Shown: positions 10,387-20,720, counted from the first letter of the stretch. The stretch is 64,000 nucleotides of DNA from Candidatus Saccharimonadota bacterium (GCA_017509895.1 JAFWOH010000001.1:1454-65453), one strand, 5' to 3'. The notes: a model not told the origin generated them from the sequence alone. Program-made: numbers and translations.

Positions 10387-13119
10387 TTATTTTTTCCGTT
10401 TACTTTTCTTCTTTTTGGACTTTTTAGAGGATTTATTACGATTTACAACCGGCTTTTTTGCCTTGGTCTCTTTTTTAAATTCAGAGTCAAGATTTTTCTC
10501 ACCCTTTGAAATCTCATTGACGCCCTTTTCGGTGGCGCTATCGGCGAGCTTGGTGAGCTCAGAATCATATTCTTTGCCATCCATGACCTCGGACTCGGCG
10601 GCCTCTTGCTTGGTGAGATTAAGAAGGACCTTTAAGACTTCCTCGCGGAGATTTTTCTGGAGACCATCAAAGAGTTTTTGAGACTCGGAACGATATTCGA
10701 CGAGTGGATCGCGCTGGCCGACGGAGCGCCAATGGATACCCTCCCTTAAATGCTGCATATTCTCGAGATGCTGCATCCAGAGTGTATCAAGGACGCGGAG
10801 ATAAACCTCTCTTTCGATAGTGCGCATCTGTTCTTCGCCAAATTCATCTTCTTTCTTTAGATAGGCCTCTTTGATGGCGGTCTTAGCGAGTTTCTTACGG
10901 TCTTTCTCCTTGCGGAGCGAGCCGATAGTGCTGATTAAATCGTCATCAAAATTAGGAAAGACGGACTTAAATTCTTTGGCAAAGTTTTTATTGACTCTGG
11001 CGGAATCGAGTGTTAAATCCTCGGCACATTCATCGATGAGACGGTCGATTTCGCTATGAATGTTTTCGCCATCGAGAATCTTGCGGCGCATAGTATAAAC
11101 GACTTTACGATGACGGTTGATGACATTGTCGTATTGGACGACATTTTTTCTAGAATCGAAATTAAAACCTTCAATGCGTTTTTGAGCGGCTTCGAGAGTT
11201 TTCGAGACGGATTTAGTCTGAATTGGCGTGTCTTCATCGACGCCGAGGCGTTTCATGAGCATAGAGATGCGGTCGCCCTGAAAGATGCGCATCAAATCAT
11301 CTTCACAGGAGACAAAGAATTGTGTCGTGCCGGGATCGCCCTGACGGCCACCACGACCGCGGAGCTGATTGTCGACGCGCCTGGAATCATGTCTTTCGGA
11401 ACCAATGACGACGAGACCACCCAGCTTTTTAACCTCGTCGGTCAATTTAATATCGGTACCACGACCAGCCATGTTAGTAGCGAGAGTAATCGCACCTTTT
11501 TCACCGGCTTTTTCGATGATGGCGGCCTCTCTCTCGTTGTTTTTAGCGTTTAAGAGCTGATAGGGGAGGCCGGCCTCATCGAGATATTTGGCAATAAGCT
11601 CGTTTTTAACGATTGAAGCTGAGCCAATCAAGACCGGTTGGCCCTTTTCATGATACATTTTAACCTCGCGGACGATGGCGCGGAGCTTGCCGGCCTCGGT
11701 ACGATAGATTAAATCGTCTTTGTCGATACGGGCAAGAGGCTTGTTGGGCGGAATCTGAATGACATCGAGAGCATAAATTTGCTGGAACTCCTCTGCCTCA
11801 GTAAAGGCGGTACCGGTCATGCCGGAGAGTTTGCGATAGAGGCGGAAGAAATTCTGGAAAGAGATGGTCGCGAGGGTCATGGACTCTTGTTTGACCTGTA
11901 CGCCCTCTTTAGCCTCGATAGCCTGATGAAGACCTTCGTTATAGCGACGGCCCTGCATTAGACGGCCGGTATGCTCATCGACGATGATGACCTCACCAGA
12001 ATTAGTGACGACATAATCTTTATCGCGCTTAAAGACGACCTCGGCCCTTAAAGCCTGATCCATATGATAAACTAGGCGAGTATTCTCGGTAGAATAAAGA
12101 TTTTTAATACCAAGAATTTGCTCGACCTTATCGACACCTTTGTCAGTCAAGAGGACGGAGCGGTGTTTTTCATCATGGACATAATCATCCGGGCCAAGGG
12201 CGGCAGCAACTTTAGCAAACTGATAATAAGCCTCGGGATTATCGCCGGCCGGGGCGGAAATGATAAGCGGAGTCCTCGCCTCGTCGATTAAGATGGAGTC
12301 GACCTCGTCGACGATGGCATAGTTTAAGCTCCTTTGGCGAAGGAACTTTGGCTCGGAGACCATGTTATCTCTTAGATAGTCAAAGCCAAATTCATTGTTG
12401 GTGCCATAAGTAACATCGGCGGCATAAGCCTCTTTTCTAGTACAGGGCCTTAGATGGACGAGGCGCTCATCAGTATGATCGTCGTTTTCAAACTCTGGGT
12501 CATAGATAAAGCTCGCCTCATTGATGATGACGGCAACAGAGAGACCAAGGAAGTGATAGACGGGACCGTTCCAACCGGCGTCACGCTGGGCGAGATAATC
12601 GTTTACCGTGACGACATGAACGCCTTTTTTCGAGAGGCCATTGAGATAGGCCGGAAGCAAGGCGACGAGAGTCTTTCCTTCACCGGTCTTCATCTCGGCG
12701 ACATTTCCCTCGTGGAGTGCCATACCACCAATCAGTTGGACATCATAATGGCGCATCCCTAGGGTACGCTTTGTGGACTCGCGGACGACGGCAAAGGCAT
12801 CATTTAAGATTTCATCAAGAGCCTTTTCGAGCTTATCATCTTCTAGATCCTTAAGCTTTTCTTGGAAGATTTCTGTCTGATGTTTTAATTCTTCATCGGA
12901 CAGCTTTTCATATTTATCTTCGAGTTTATTGATTTCAAGGACGCGCTTATAATATCTTTTTAGAATCTTTTTCTGAGCATCGCCAAAAATCCCTTGAAGG
13001 AATTTAGTCATAGCAGTCTTATCGGCGAGCTTATCAGAGGGCGCCTTTTCTTTCTTGGTCTTTGGAGTTTTTACTGGTTTCTCGGTGCCCACAGCCGGTT
13101 TCTCTTCTTTTTCGGCCAT
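10387..13119 (-). CDS. secA: Preprotein translocase subunit SecA
   Basis: MKTGEGKT, VDEVDSILIDEARTPLIIS, ATNMAGRGTDI, QLRGRGGRQGDPG. Confidence 0.98.
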   Translation of the reverse strand: MAEKEEKPAVGTEKPVKTPKTKKEKAPSDKLADKTAMTKFLQGIFGDAQKKILKRYYKRVLEINKLEDKYEKLSDEELKHQTEIFQEKLKDLEDDKLEKALDEILNDAFAVVRESTKRTLGMRHYDVQLIGGMALHEGNVAEMKTGEGKTLVALLPAYLNGLSKKGVHVVTVNDYLAQRDAGWNGPVYHFLGLSVAVIINEASFIYDPEFENDDHTDERLVHLRPCTRKEAYAADVTYGTNNEFGFDYLRDNMVSEPKFLRQRSLNYAIVDEVDSILIDEARTPLIISAPAGDNPEAYYQFAKVAAALGPDDYVHDEKHRSVLLTDKGVDKVEQILGIKNLYSTENTRLVYHMDQALRAEVVFKRDKDYVVTNSGEVIIVDEHTGRLMQGRRYNEGLHQAIEAKEGVQVKQESMTLATISFQNFFRLYRKLSGMTGTAFTEAEEFQQIYALDVIQIPPNKPLARIDKDDLIYRTEAGKLRAIVREVKMYHEKGQPVLIGSASIVKNELIAKYLDEAGLPYQLLNAKNNEREAAIIEKAGEKGAITLATNMAGRGTDIKLTDEVKKLGGLVVIGSERHDSRRVDNQLRGRGGRQGDPGTTQFFVSCEDDLMRIFQGDRISMLMKRLGVDEDTPIQTKSVSKTLEAAQKRIEGFNFDSRKNVVQYDNVINRHRKVVYTMRRKILDGENIHSEIDRLIDECAEDLTLDSARVNKNFAKEFKSVFPNFDDDLISTIGSLRKEKDRKKLAKTAIKEAYLKKEDEFGEEQMRTIEREVYLRVLDTLWMQHLENMQHLREGIHWRSVGQRDPLVEYRSESQKLFDGLQKNLREEVLKVLLNLTKQEAAESEVMDGKEYDSELTKLADSATEKGVNEISKGEKNLDSEFKKETKAKKPVVNRNKSSKKSKKKKSKRKK

Positions 13120-13122
13120 ATT

Positions 13123-13482
13123 TTATCCTTTCTTAAATAAGCGTTTCAGAGGGTTTTTACGGAGATGAGGATTTTTCTCTAATTTATAACGACGAATCTG
13201 TCCCATTAGCTTTGCCTCAATAATGTCAATACCGGCAAAGACATTGCTCGACTCATCCTTGGCGGCAATAACCTTACCGCCGGGAATCTCCATGGCGGCG
13301 GAAATCTCATATTTATTACCATGAGCGCGGTCTACCTCGGTCACGACGATTTTAGCGACGACATCCTTCTTATTGCCCTTTGGGAGATAGCGATCTAATT
13401 TACCGATGCGTTTTTCGGCATATTTTTTAAAGCTCTCTGTGGGCTTATAATTACTACCTGTAATTTCTATTTTCTCAATCAT
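13123..13482 (-). CDS. hpf: Ribosome hibernation promoting factor (HPF/RaiA, short form)
   Basis: IEITG..YAEKRIGKLDRY...AGIDIIEAKL..QIRRYK fold; SD AAGGAG. Confidence 0.88.
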   Translation of the reverse strand: MIEKIEITGSNYKPTESFKKYAEKRIGKLDRYLPKGNKKDVVAKIVVTEVDRAHGNKYEISAAMEIPGGKVIAAKDESSNVFAGIDIIEAKLMGQIRRYKLEKNPHLRKNPLKRLFKKG

Positions 13483-13538
13483 AAAAACTCCTTTTCTCTA
13501 GTATAACACATTTTGGGGTCCAATTAAAGCGGTAAAAA

Positions 13539-14780
13539 TTACAATTCTTCTTTACCGCCGAGATAGGGCCTAAGCGCCTCAGGGATTTTTACCTTGCCAT
13601 CCTTAGTGGCATAATTTTCAAGGAAGGCGACGAGGGTGCGGGCAAGAGAGACTGCGGTGCCATTTAAGGTGTGGACGGTTTCAATCTCACCACTTTCGCG
13701 GCGAACGCGGATGTTCATGGCGCGAGCCTGAAAATCGGTACAGTTTGAACAGCTAGTTAGCTCTTGATATTTTTGGTTAACCGGAGACCAATACTCGAGG
13801 TCGTATTTTTTAGCGGCTGGAGCGCCGAGGTCGCCGGCGGCGATATTGATGACGTGATATGGGATATTGAGGCCTTGCCAGATTTCTTCCTCTATCTCAA
13901 GTAGCTTTTCGTGAATTTCTTTGGATTGCTCTGGAAGACAAAAGACATACATTTCGAGCTTGTTAAACTGATGAACGCGGAAAAGACCTCTTGTGTATTT
14001 ACCATAAGCACCGGCCTCTTTTCTAAAACAAGCGGAAAAACCAGCATACTTCAGAGGCAAATCCTTTTCATCCAGAATTTCATTCATATGATAGCCGGTG
14101 ATTGGCATCTCAGCGGTGGCAATCATCACGAGGTCTTCACCCTCAATATAATATTCATCAGATTGATCACTAGACTTTGGTGCAAAACCGGCGCCCTCGA
14201 GCACTTCGCTCTTAACCATATCGGGAACATCCATCGGAGTGAAACCGTGCTTTAAGACAATATTCAGCCCATACTGAAGAAGGGCGTTTTCAAGCAAGGC
14301 GAGGCCGTCTTTTAGATAATAAAATTTTGCGCCGGCGACCTTTGCGCCCCGCTCAAAGTCGAGCCAGCCGCGCGCTGTCGCATAGTCGAGATGGTCTACG
14401 CCGCTCTTTTTCGGCTCGCCCCATTTTTTAACCTCGACGCTCTTTTCTTCCCCGCCGAGAGGGACATCATCAAAAATAATATTTGGGACAGATTTTAGCT
14501 CTTCGTTTAATTCTTTTTCGATTAAGTCAAGATTAATGCCGGCAAGCTTTTCTTTTATCTCCTTGCCTTTTTTAATCAGCTCGGCAGACGGTTTGCCGTT
14601 TTTCATCTTGGCGGCAATATCGTTTCGCTCTTTTCTTAGTTTTTCTACATCTTGTAAAACGGCTTTTCTGCGGTCGTCTAGTTTTAAGATTTTTGCTATG
14701 TCTACTTTGTCATAGCCCTTTTCCTTCGCGCTCTTTTCAACAAGTTCGCGGTTTTCTCTAATGAAATTAACATCTAACAT
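13539..14780 (-). CDS. serS: Serine--tRNA ligase (start reassigned to MLDVNFIR)
   Basis: MLD..IR N-terminus, ATAE, FRKEAG, RVHQF.K.E, ELTSCSNCTDFQAR, HTLNG. Confidence 0.97.
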   Translation of the reverse strand: MLDVNFIRENRELVEKSAKEKGYDKVDIAKILKLDDRRKAVLQDVEKLRKERNDIAAKMKNGKPSAELIKKGKEIKEKLAGINLDLIEKELNEELKSVPNIIFDDVPLGGEEKSVEVKKWGEPKKSGVDHLDYATARGWLDFERGAKVAGAKFYYLKDGLALLENALLQYGLNIVLKHGFTPMDVPDMVKSEVLEGAGFAPKSSDQSDEYYIEGEDLVMIATAEMPITGYHMNEILDEKDLPLKYAGFSACFRKEAGAYGKYTRGLFRVHQFNKLEMYVFCLPEQSKEIHEKLLEIEEEIWQGLNIPYHVINIAAGDLGAPAAKKYDLEYWSPVNQKYQELTSCSNCTDFQARAMNIRVRRESGEIETVHTLNGTAVSLARTLVAFLENYATKDGKVKIPEALRPYLGGKEEL

Positions 14781-14821
14781 ACTTTTAATTATAGCATACA
14801 TTCACATGCTGTGGATAAAGT

Positions 14822-15019
14822 TGGTAAGAGTCTAGGGTAGGGGGGGTTCTTAAACGCTACTCGCCGCCTGCTACCGCCGAAAAATCACAATAAATAGCCC
14901 ATCCTCAGAGCTCTTATGCGGGAATCTAGGGGGAGCTCTTCGGATGGGTATTTATTGTCATTTTTGCGGGGCGAGTAACGCATTGTTTAAGAACCCCCCC
15001 CTACCCTAGGCTCTTACCA
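14822..15019. repeat. ~198-bp nested palindromic element (REP/MITE-like)
   Basis: ~34-bp near-perfect terminal inverted repeats plus a second internal IR; its 23-bp core recurs at 26151. Confidence 0.8.
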
Positions 15020-16894
15020 GCTACCACCTCCGCCGCCCCCGCCGCCCCCGCCGGAGAAACCACCGCCTCCGCCACCGGAAAAGCCGGAGGACGAGGAGGA
15101 GCTAGACCAGGAAGTGCTCGAGGAGATAGTGCTGGCGGTGTTACGCATCATGCTATAGAACATAGCGCGGTTAAAGGGGTCGCTACCGTAGTACCAGTCG
15201 GGGTTGTAGTTAAGGGCGTCGTAGTACTTTTGAATTTCATTAAGCCAGCTTTCTTCGAGGCCGAAGATAGAAGCGTAGGGGAGAAGTTTTTCATAAAGTT
15301 TAACTAAGCCTTTATCATCTTTCGGAGCATTTTTGGCGGACTGATTAAATTCGAGACGTTCCTTTTCGGCCATGCTGATATAGAGCTTTAGACCCTCAAG
15401 ATAGTTGGAAGCCTCAAGCCCCTTGTTGGTCCGAGCGACATATTTGGTGAAGTTGCGGTTAAAGGCAGCATAGATAATGAGCGTTAAGATAGCGATGCCG
15501 ACAATGACGAAGGGTAAGAAGTCGCGTCCGTAGATGCGACCGTAGCCGAGGAAAGCGCCATCGATCAGGAAATAAACTAGGACGGCGCTACCGATTAAGA
15601 GGACGGCTAGACAGAAACCGGCGAGGCCACCTTCTTTGCTCGTCTTGGCAAAACCAGTATCAATATTGACGTCGCCCTCAAAGTATTTTTTACGTTTTAA
15701 AAGCACGCGAGCGTCTCTTGTATAATCTTTGGCGAGCTGGGCTAGGCTGCTGGTCGCGGTTTGTTTTTTGATTTCGATGATTTCGTCTTTTTTCGGCATA
15801 GGGCCACCGTTTAAGATTCTGAGGACATCCTGTTCGGGGTTAGTCAAGTTATCAATTTCTAAGATTTTAATTTTCCAGACAGTTTTTTCGCGTTTCAAGA
15901 TGCCGCTCTCGGTTTTTTCATTGATGATTTGGATTTTATGGGAGGTAGCGAGTTCGAGAATGGTGGCAGTCTGGGAAGGTTCAGCATCTCCGAGGTAAAT
16001 TAAAGCAGCCTCGGCGACGGAGAGGTCTTTCATTGGAAGATATTGCGGAGCGACCAGGAGGTTCTTTGCGGAAAGGCGTTTTTCCTTAGCGTATTTGACG
16101 AATTTTCGGTAGCTGAAGAATACGGTCGCGAGACCGAGCAGGGCGGCGAGGGCAGTCATAAAGGCGAGGAAATAATTTTCGGATATTGGGACTTGAAAAG
16201 TCCCGGCCGGGAATTCGATATCGAAGGTCAGGTTTTCATAACGGCCAAGTTTTTTGGTGGTCTTAAAGGTGAAGCCATCTTTGGTTTTTTCTACGGTGCA
16301 ATTTTTTCCATTTGAATTTTGTGAGCCGGTGTAGCAATAGGCTGGAGTCTTGGCTGGATAATCGCCAGCAAAATGGACATTCGCTGTGACGGAATTAAAT
16401 TCATTAGGCCAGCCGGTACCATTAGTATCCCAATAGAGTTCTTGGCTGACGGCATTATCGGTGGTTAATTTGCCACTTTGGTCGTATTCGGTGATGACAT
16501 TTTTAAACTCATATTCGAGAACATAGGTTTGTCTGCCTTGAATAGTTCTGGAGGCAGAACCGATATTAACTTTATAATATCCGTCTGCCTTTTCAATTTT
16601 AGCGATAGGCTCGGCTTGGCCGTTCCTAGTAGCGGTAATTTTTAAATCATCGATAGTAATATTCTTACCCTCTTGGTTTGAAAAAGGAATCGTTCTAGTA
16701 GGGCCATGACTAGAGCTAGTCGCAGAAAAAACGGCTTCATAAGTCTCTTTCACTTTCATTTTTGTGCCGGTGTCGGTTTTTTCGAGATAATAGTCAAAAA
16801 CGGCGCTATCGAAATAGAGGTTTGGATCTGAAGCGGCAGAGGCTGGGGCCGCGCCTAGTAATAAAGTGATTAAAATTACGAGTAGCTTTTTCAT
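15014..16894 (-). CDS. DUF2207-type predicted membrane protein
   Basis: Signal peptide, ELYWD..G..W, YLEGLKLYI..AE, YEKLLPYA..FGLE..W, poly-Ser/Gly tail. Confidence 0.85.
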   Translation of the reverse strand: MKKLLVILITLLLGAAPASAASDPNLYFDSAVFDYYLEKTDTGTKMKVKETYEAVFSATSSSHGPTRTIPFSNQEGKNITIDDLKITATRNGQAEPIAKIEKADGYYKVNIGSASRTIQGRQTYVLEYEFKNVITEYDQSGKLTTDNAVSQELYWDTNGTGWPNEFNSVTANVHFAGDYPAKTPAYCYTGSQNSNGKNCTVEKTKDGFTFKTTKKLGRYENLTFDIEFPAGTFQVPISENYFLAFMTALAALLGLATVFFSYRKFVKYAKEKRLSAKNLLVAPQYLPMKDLSVAEAALIYLGDAEPSQTATILELATSHKIQIINEKTESGILKREKTVWKIKILEIDNLTNPEQDVLRILNGGPMPKKDEIIEIKKQTATSSLAQLAKDYTRDARVLLKRKKYFEGDVNIDTGFAKTSKEGGLAGFCLAVLLIGSAVLVYFLIDGAFLGYGRIYGRDFLPFVIVGIAILTLIIYAAFNRNFTKYVARTNKGLEASNYLEGLKLYISMAEKERLEFNQSAKNAPKDDKGLVKLYEKLLPYASIFGLEESWLNEIQKYYDALNYNPDWYYGSDPFNRAMFYSMMRNTASTISSSTSWSSSSSSSGFSGGGGGGFSGGGGGGGGGGSW

Positions 16895-16910
16895 AAGATA
16901 ATTATAGCAC

Positions 16911-16942
16911 AAAAAAACCTGCGGAGATTCCGCAGGTTTTTT
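16911..16942. terminator. Bidirectional intrinsic terminator
   Basis: AAAAAAACCTGCGGA-GAT-TCCGCAGGTTTTTT. Confidence 0.85.
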
Positions 16943-16944
16943 GA

Positions 16945-18933
16945 TTAGATTTTAATATACTTCTTGATTAGGGCGAGGACGCCGGCGGTGGCGACAGAGA
17001 CGAAGCCGAGGATCCAGAGTAGTGTCCCGGCGCGGGAGCTAGCCTCTTCGTCATAGCCGGTGTTTGGGACGGAAGGCTTGTCGGCGGTGTTTGGGACAGC
17101 CGGACTATCGTCATCATCAACAATAGTTTCGCTATCGTCTGGCTCTGGCTCTGGGGTTGGTTCTGGCTCTGGCTTAGGCTCTGGAGCGGGGTCGTTATAG
17201 GCGATGATACCATAAAGACTGAGGTGGGAGGTGGTATATTCTATCATCTCGCCATTGACAGTCGCTGCAAAGGTTTCGACGACTTGACCGTCTTCATTGA
17301 TATAGGCAATGGTGTAGTGGTCATAGCCACGATATTCTTCGGCGAGAGCGAGCTGAACGCGAATTTGATTGTTCTCGACCGGGATGACATTATCGACTTC
17401 ATCAACGACGAAGATGTCATAGGCGGCTTTGAGATTTTCAATATTGGCTTCAAGATTCTTTAGCTCCTCCTCTCCGGCGGGGATAATGACAAGTCTGGCA
17501 TCGCCAACGGTCTCAAGAGGATTTTTGAGGCTGATGTTGCCGAGGTCATTTTCATTAATAATAGAAGAGCTTGTTTCATGATTGCCGATGAAGTACCAAG
17601 TTTCTTCACCATCCTGATATTCGATGAGCTCTTTATCTGTCTCGGCGATGGCATTGCCGTTTGCGACGGCCTCGGTCAAGATTGCGGTTTGCTCTTCAGA
17701 GGTCTTAATGAATCTACCACCGAAGACATTGATAGTCCCGGAGAGTTTTCCTTTAACAGGAGTAAGCTCGCCATAGATATAGCCGTCGTAGATGTTGATA
17801 GTACCGTCATTAGTGGTCTGAATCATTTTTCCGGCTTTACCGACATGGCCACCATAGATATTAAGTGTACCATTAGCGGATTTAATGTAGCCGCCGCTGG
17901 TAGCGTCAACATTGATAACATTAAGCGTACCCTTATTGATACTGCTAAACTGGCCGACGGTGCTATCGCGAAGTATAACATTTACAGGGTCGCCGTTGTA
18001 GATAGAGAAGCCGCCGGACAAATTGAGGTTGTAGACTTCAATGTCCATGCCGGTTTTGCCGCTGTAGACGAATGAGCCGCCGGTGTAATCATGGGCTTCG
18101 ATGCCGGTGTATTTGACGGTGCTAGGGAGATTAATGCCGGTGATATAGCCACCGGTAAGGTGGATATCATGAGTAATTTCGGAATCGATAGACGAAGTGT
18201 CAAAAGCGATGGTGTAATTTAGCTGACCGCCCGAAACGCTAAGAGATTTTTCTTTGTCGACACCAAGAGTCTGAACGACAATGCGAGAGTTAAGCTCACC
18301 GCCGGTGATTTCGAGCGACTTGCCGCCATGAAGAATGGCAGCAGTCTGGTTGATTTCGGCTGGCTTCGTGTAGGAAGTATTGAAAGTTCCGCCGGAAACG
18401 TACATGATACCGTTTTCGTCGTTTTTAACGTTGTTGACTTTGCCATTAAATGTCCCGCCAGTGATGTACATTGTGGCATAATTAGCGGACTCAGCGGTCT
18501 TAGTAGATGGGTCATACCAACCGTTGGCGACAATACTGGCATTGTTAGCTGGAGCATTGAAAGTGCCACCGGAGATAGTAGCGGTATTTAAGTTTTGAAA
18601 GACATAGTTGTCCGAGCCGGTGAGGCTGCCTTCGCCGGTAATGGTAAGATTACCGAGATTTTTTAGGACTACACCGGTAGTACTGGTAAGGTTTTTCTGG
18701 TTAAGATTGAGGGTAGCGGTGATATTACTACCGACAATGAGATTTCCAGAGAAATCTTTGTTTAATGTACAATTCCCGGTGAGATAGGTGTCGTCGCCGC
18801 TGGCGATGGCAACATCTGCTCCTTCTATACAAAGTGGAATATTTTCTGCGTTACCGATTGGCATTTTTGCGATTAAACCGGTAAGTATGGTGCCGGTAAA
18901 GCCGGCGGCAAAGGCAATTTTGACCTTCTTCAT
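16945..18933 (-). CDS. Surface protein/adhesin with I-x-GG-x-F repeats, PE linker and VPNTG sorting-like C-terminus
   Basis: Signal peptide; repeated ISGGTFN/ITGGTFN/VSGGTFN; PEPEP linker; VPNTG + TM + KKYIKI tail. Confidence 0.75.
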   Translation of the reverse strand: MKKVKIAFAAGFTGTILTGLIAKMPIGNAENIPLCIEGADVAIASGDDTYLTGNCTLNKDFSGNLIVGSNITATLNLNQKNLTSTTGVVLKNLGNLTITGEGSLTGSDNYVFQNLNTATISGGTFNAPANNASIVANGWYDPSTKTAESANYATMYITGGTFNGKVNNVKNDENGIMYVSGGTFNTSYTKPAEINQTAAILHGGKSLEITGGELNSRIVVQTLGVDKEKSLSVSGGQLNYTIAFDTSSIDSEITHDIHLTGGYITGINLPSTVKYTGIEAHDYTGGSFVYSGKTGMDIEVYNLNLSGGFSIYNGDPVNVILRDSTVGQFSSINKGTLNVINVDATSGGYIKSANGTLNIYGGHVGKAGKMIQTTNDGTINIYDGYIYGELTPVKGKLSGTINVFGGRFIKTSEEQTAILTEAVANGNAIAETDKELIEYQDGEETWYFIGNHETSSSIINENDLGNISLKNPLETVGDARLVIIPAGEEELKNLEANIENLKAAYDIFVVDEVDNVIPVENNQIRVQLALAEEYRGYDHYTIAYINEDGQVVETFAATVNGEMIEYTTSHLSLYGIIAYNDPAPEPKPEPEPTPEPEPDDSETIVDDDDSPAVPNTADKPSVPNTGYDEEASSRAGTLLWILGFVSVATAGVLALIKKYIKI

Positions 18934-18995
18934 TTGTCCTCCATGACTCTATTAATTTATATCTATTATACTCCGCTTATGGTTATTATGTCAAT

Positions 18996-19025
18996 AAAAA
19001 AATCCCGAAATTTCGGGATTTTTTT
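18996..19025. terminator. Bidirectional intrinsic terminator
   Basis: AAAAAAATCCCGAAATTTCGGGATTTTTTT. Confidence 0.85.
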
Positions 19026-19031
19026 GGCGGA

Positions 19032-19742
19032 TTATTTAGCCTTGATGCTCTGGAAGAGTTTCTTCGTGAGTGAGACTGCAGTATCGTAGTCGGTACCGGA
19101 GCATTTGCTGTCTTTTGGTGCGACGTAGTAATAAGTGCCTTTTGAATCGCTATAGAGCTTTTCGCCGGTGGAGCCGCCAAGAATGACTTGCCCAAAGCCA
19201 GAGGCACAAGTTTCGGAATCATAGGTCTTATTGGCGGTGACGATGCCGGTGACAGAAATGGAATTGCCGGAAGGATAGACATAATTTAAGTTTTTAATAC
19301 CATTTGGCAGATAGAAGCGGACGCTCCAGTCGCTACCGGGGTCGACGGTGATGTCGCTATAACCCTCGCCGGCGGTTTCTTTCTTGGTATTATCATTTTT
19401 CTTGTCGTCACTCTTGTCGGTAGTTTTGTCGGTGGTTTTAGTGTCTGTATTTGTTGCGACTTTATCGTTGCTTGCAGTCTTGGTCTCAGTGGTAGTGACA
19501 ATGTTTGGCTTGATGCCGTTATCGAGAAGCTGGTCTTTTAGAGCCTCGACTTCAGCAACATGGATGTTGACACTTTGCTCAAGATTAGAAATCCGAGTGT
19601 TTAGACTATCCTTTTGGCTTTTTTGGATGAGCCCAAAGACAACCCCGGCAATGGCGATAATAATAGCGATTGCGCTGATGATGATTGGCGTCTTGCTTTT
19701 TTTGACTTCTTCTTCCCCGTCGATAATGGTAACTGTGTCCAT
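19032..19742 (-). CDS. Hypothetical single-TM protein with coiled coil and Thr/Asp/Lys-rich linker
   Basis: SD AGGAG; TM at residues ~20-38; two C-terminal Cys. Confidence 0.7.
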   Translation of the reverse strand: MDTVTIIDGEEEVKKSKTPIIISAIAIIIAIAGVVFGLIQKSQKDSLNTRISNLEQSVNIHVAEVEALKDQLLDNGIKPNIVTTTETKTASNDKVATNTDTKTTDKTTDKSDDKKNDNTKKETAGEGYSDITVDPGSDWSVRFYLPNGIKNLNYVYPSGNSISVTGIVTANKTYDSETCASGFGQVILGGSTGEKLYSDSKGTYYYVAPKDSKCSGTDYDTAVSLTKKLFQSIKAK

Positions 19743-19743
19743 A

Positions 19744-20652
19744 TTATTCTCCTATTTCATTAATAGCATTTTTTAGAGCGTTGATTGATTTTTGCATTTT
19801 TATTCCCTCTTCTTCGGTGAGATGGACGCCGATACGGCGGATGACTCCTTCTCTCCCGACGACGGCTGGGAAACCGTTATATACTCCCGCAAAATCGTCG
19901 TAACTCGAAACGGGGAGGACGCGTTTCTCGTCTCCTAAGATGCAATTGATTAATTTTGTAACGCAGGCGCCGACGCCATAATGAGTCGAACCCTTTTTCT
20001 CGATGATGTCATAAGCCTCGTTTCTGGCAAAATCTTCGATTTCATCCAGAGTGTTTTGGTCTAGTAATTCGACGATAGGCTGGCCCGCGACCGATGCGGT
20101 GGACCAGAGGGCAAATTCAGTATCGCCATGCTCGCCGACCTGAAAAGCGTGGACAGACTTTGGATGAATCCCGAGTCTTTCGGCGGTCTTAAAGCGGAGT
20201 CTGGCGGAATCTAGGATAGTGCCAGAGCCAATAACTCTCTCGGCTGGGAGACCGGAGTATTTTTTAGTAAGGTAAGTTAAGACATCCATAGGATTGCTGA
20301 CGACGATAAAGATACCATCAAAGCCATTATCCATGATTGTGCCAATCATGTCTTTAAAAATGGCGGCGTTTTTCTTTAGAAGATCCATGCGGGACTCGCC
20401 GGGCTTTTGAGGGATGCCGGCGGTGATGACGATAATATCGCAGCCCTTGACCTCGGTATAATCGCCAGATTTTATTTTCATATAAGATGGCGAAACGGCG
20501 AGCGTATCTCTTAAATCCATCGCTTCGCCTTCGGCATCCTCGGTGTTGATGTCGGTTAAAATTAATTCTGAAACCGCGGTGCGCTGGTTAATAAGGCAGT
20601 AAGCGATGCTAGCACCTACATTGCCAGTTCCCACAATCATTACTTTTGCCAC
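19744..20652 (-). CDS. ldh: L-lactate dehydrogenase
   Basis: GTGNVG, AGIPQKPGESRMDL, NPMD, GSGTILDSARLR, GEHGD; GTG start with SD AAGGAG. Confidence 0.93.
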   Translation of the reverse strand: MAKVMIVGTGNVGASIAYCLINQRTAVSELILTDINTEDAEGEAMDLRDTLAVSPSYMKIKSGDYTEVKGCDIIVITAGIPQKPGESRMDLLKKNAAIFKDMIGTIMDNGFDGIFIVVSNPMDVLTYLTKKYSGLPAERVIGSGTILDSARLRFKTAERLGIHPKSVHAFQVGEHGDTEFALWSTASVAGQPIVELLDQNTLDEIEDFARNEAYDIIEKKGSTHYGVGACVTKLINCILGDEKRVLPVSSYDDFAGVYNGFPAVVGREGVIRRIGVHLTEEEGIKMQKSINALKNAINEIGE

Positions 20653-20720
20653 AGTTAAAACTCCTTTTTTCTATTATAGCATAAGATTTTTGAAAGTTGG
20701 GAAGGATTTTATCAAAACTT

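Noticed and set aside
14781-14830. T-box leaders upstream of serS, lysS or proS
   Set aside because: The -10 boxes lie 6-7 nt from the ATGs, leaving no room for a leader, and no T-box consensus is present.
15014-15135. GC-rich low-complexity repeat
   Set aside because: It encodes the poly-Ser/Gly tail typical of DUF2207 proteins.
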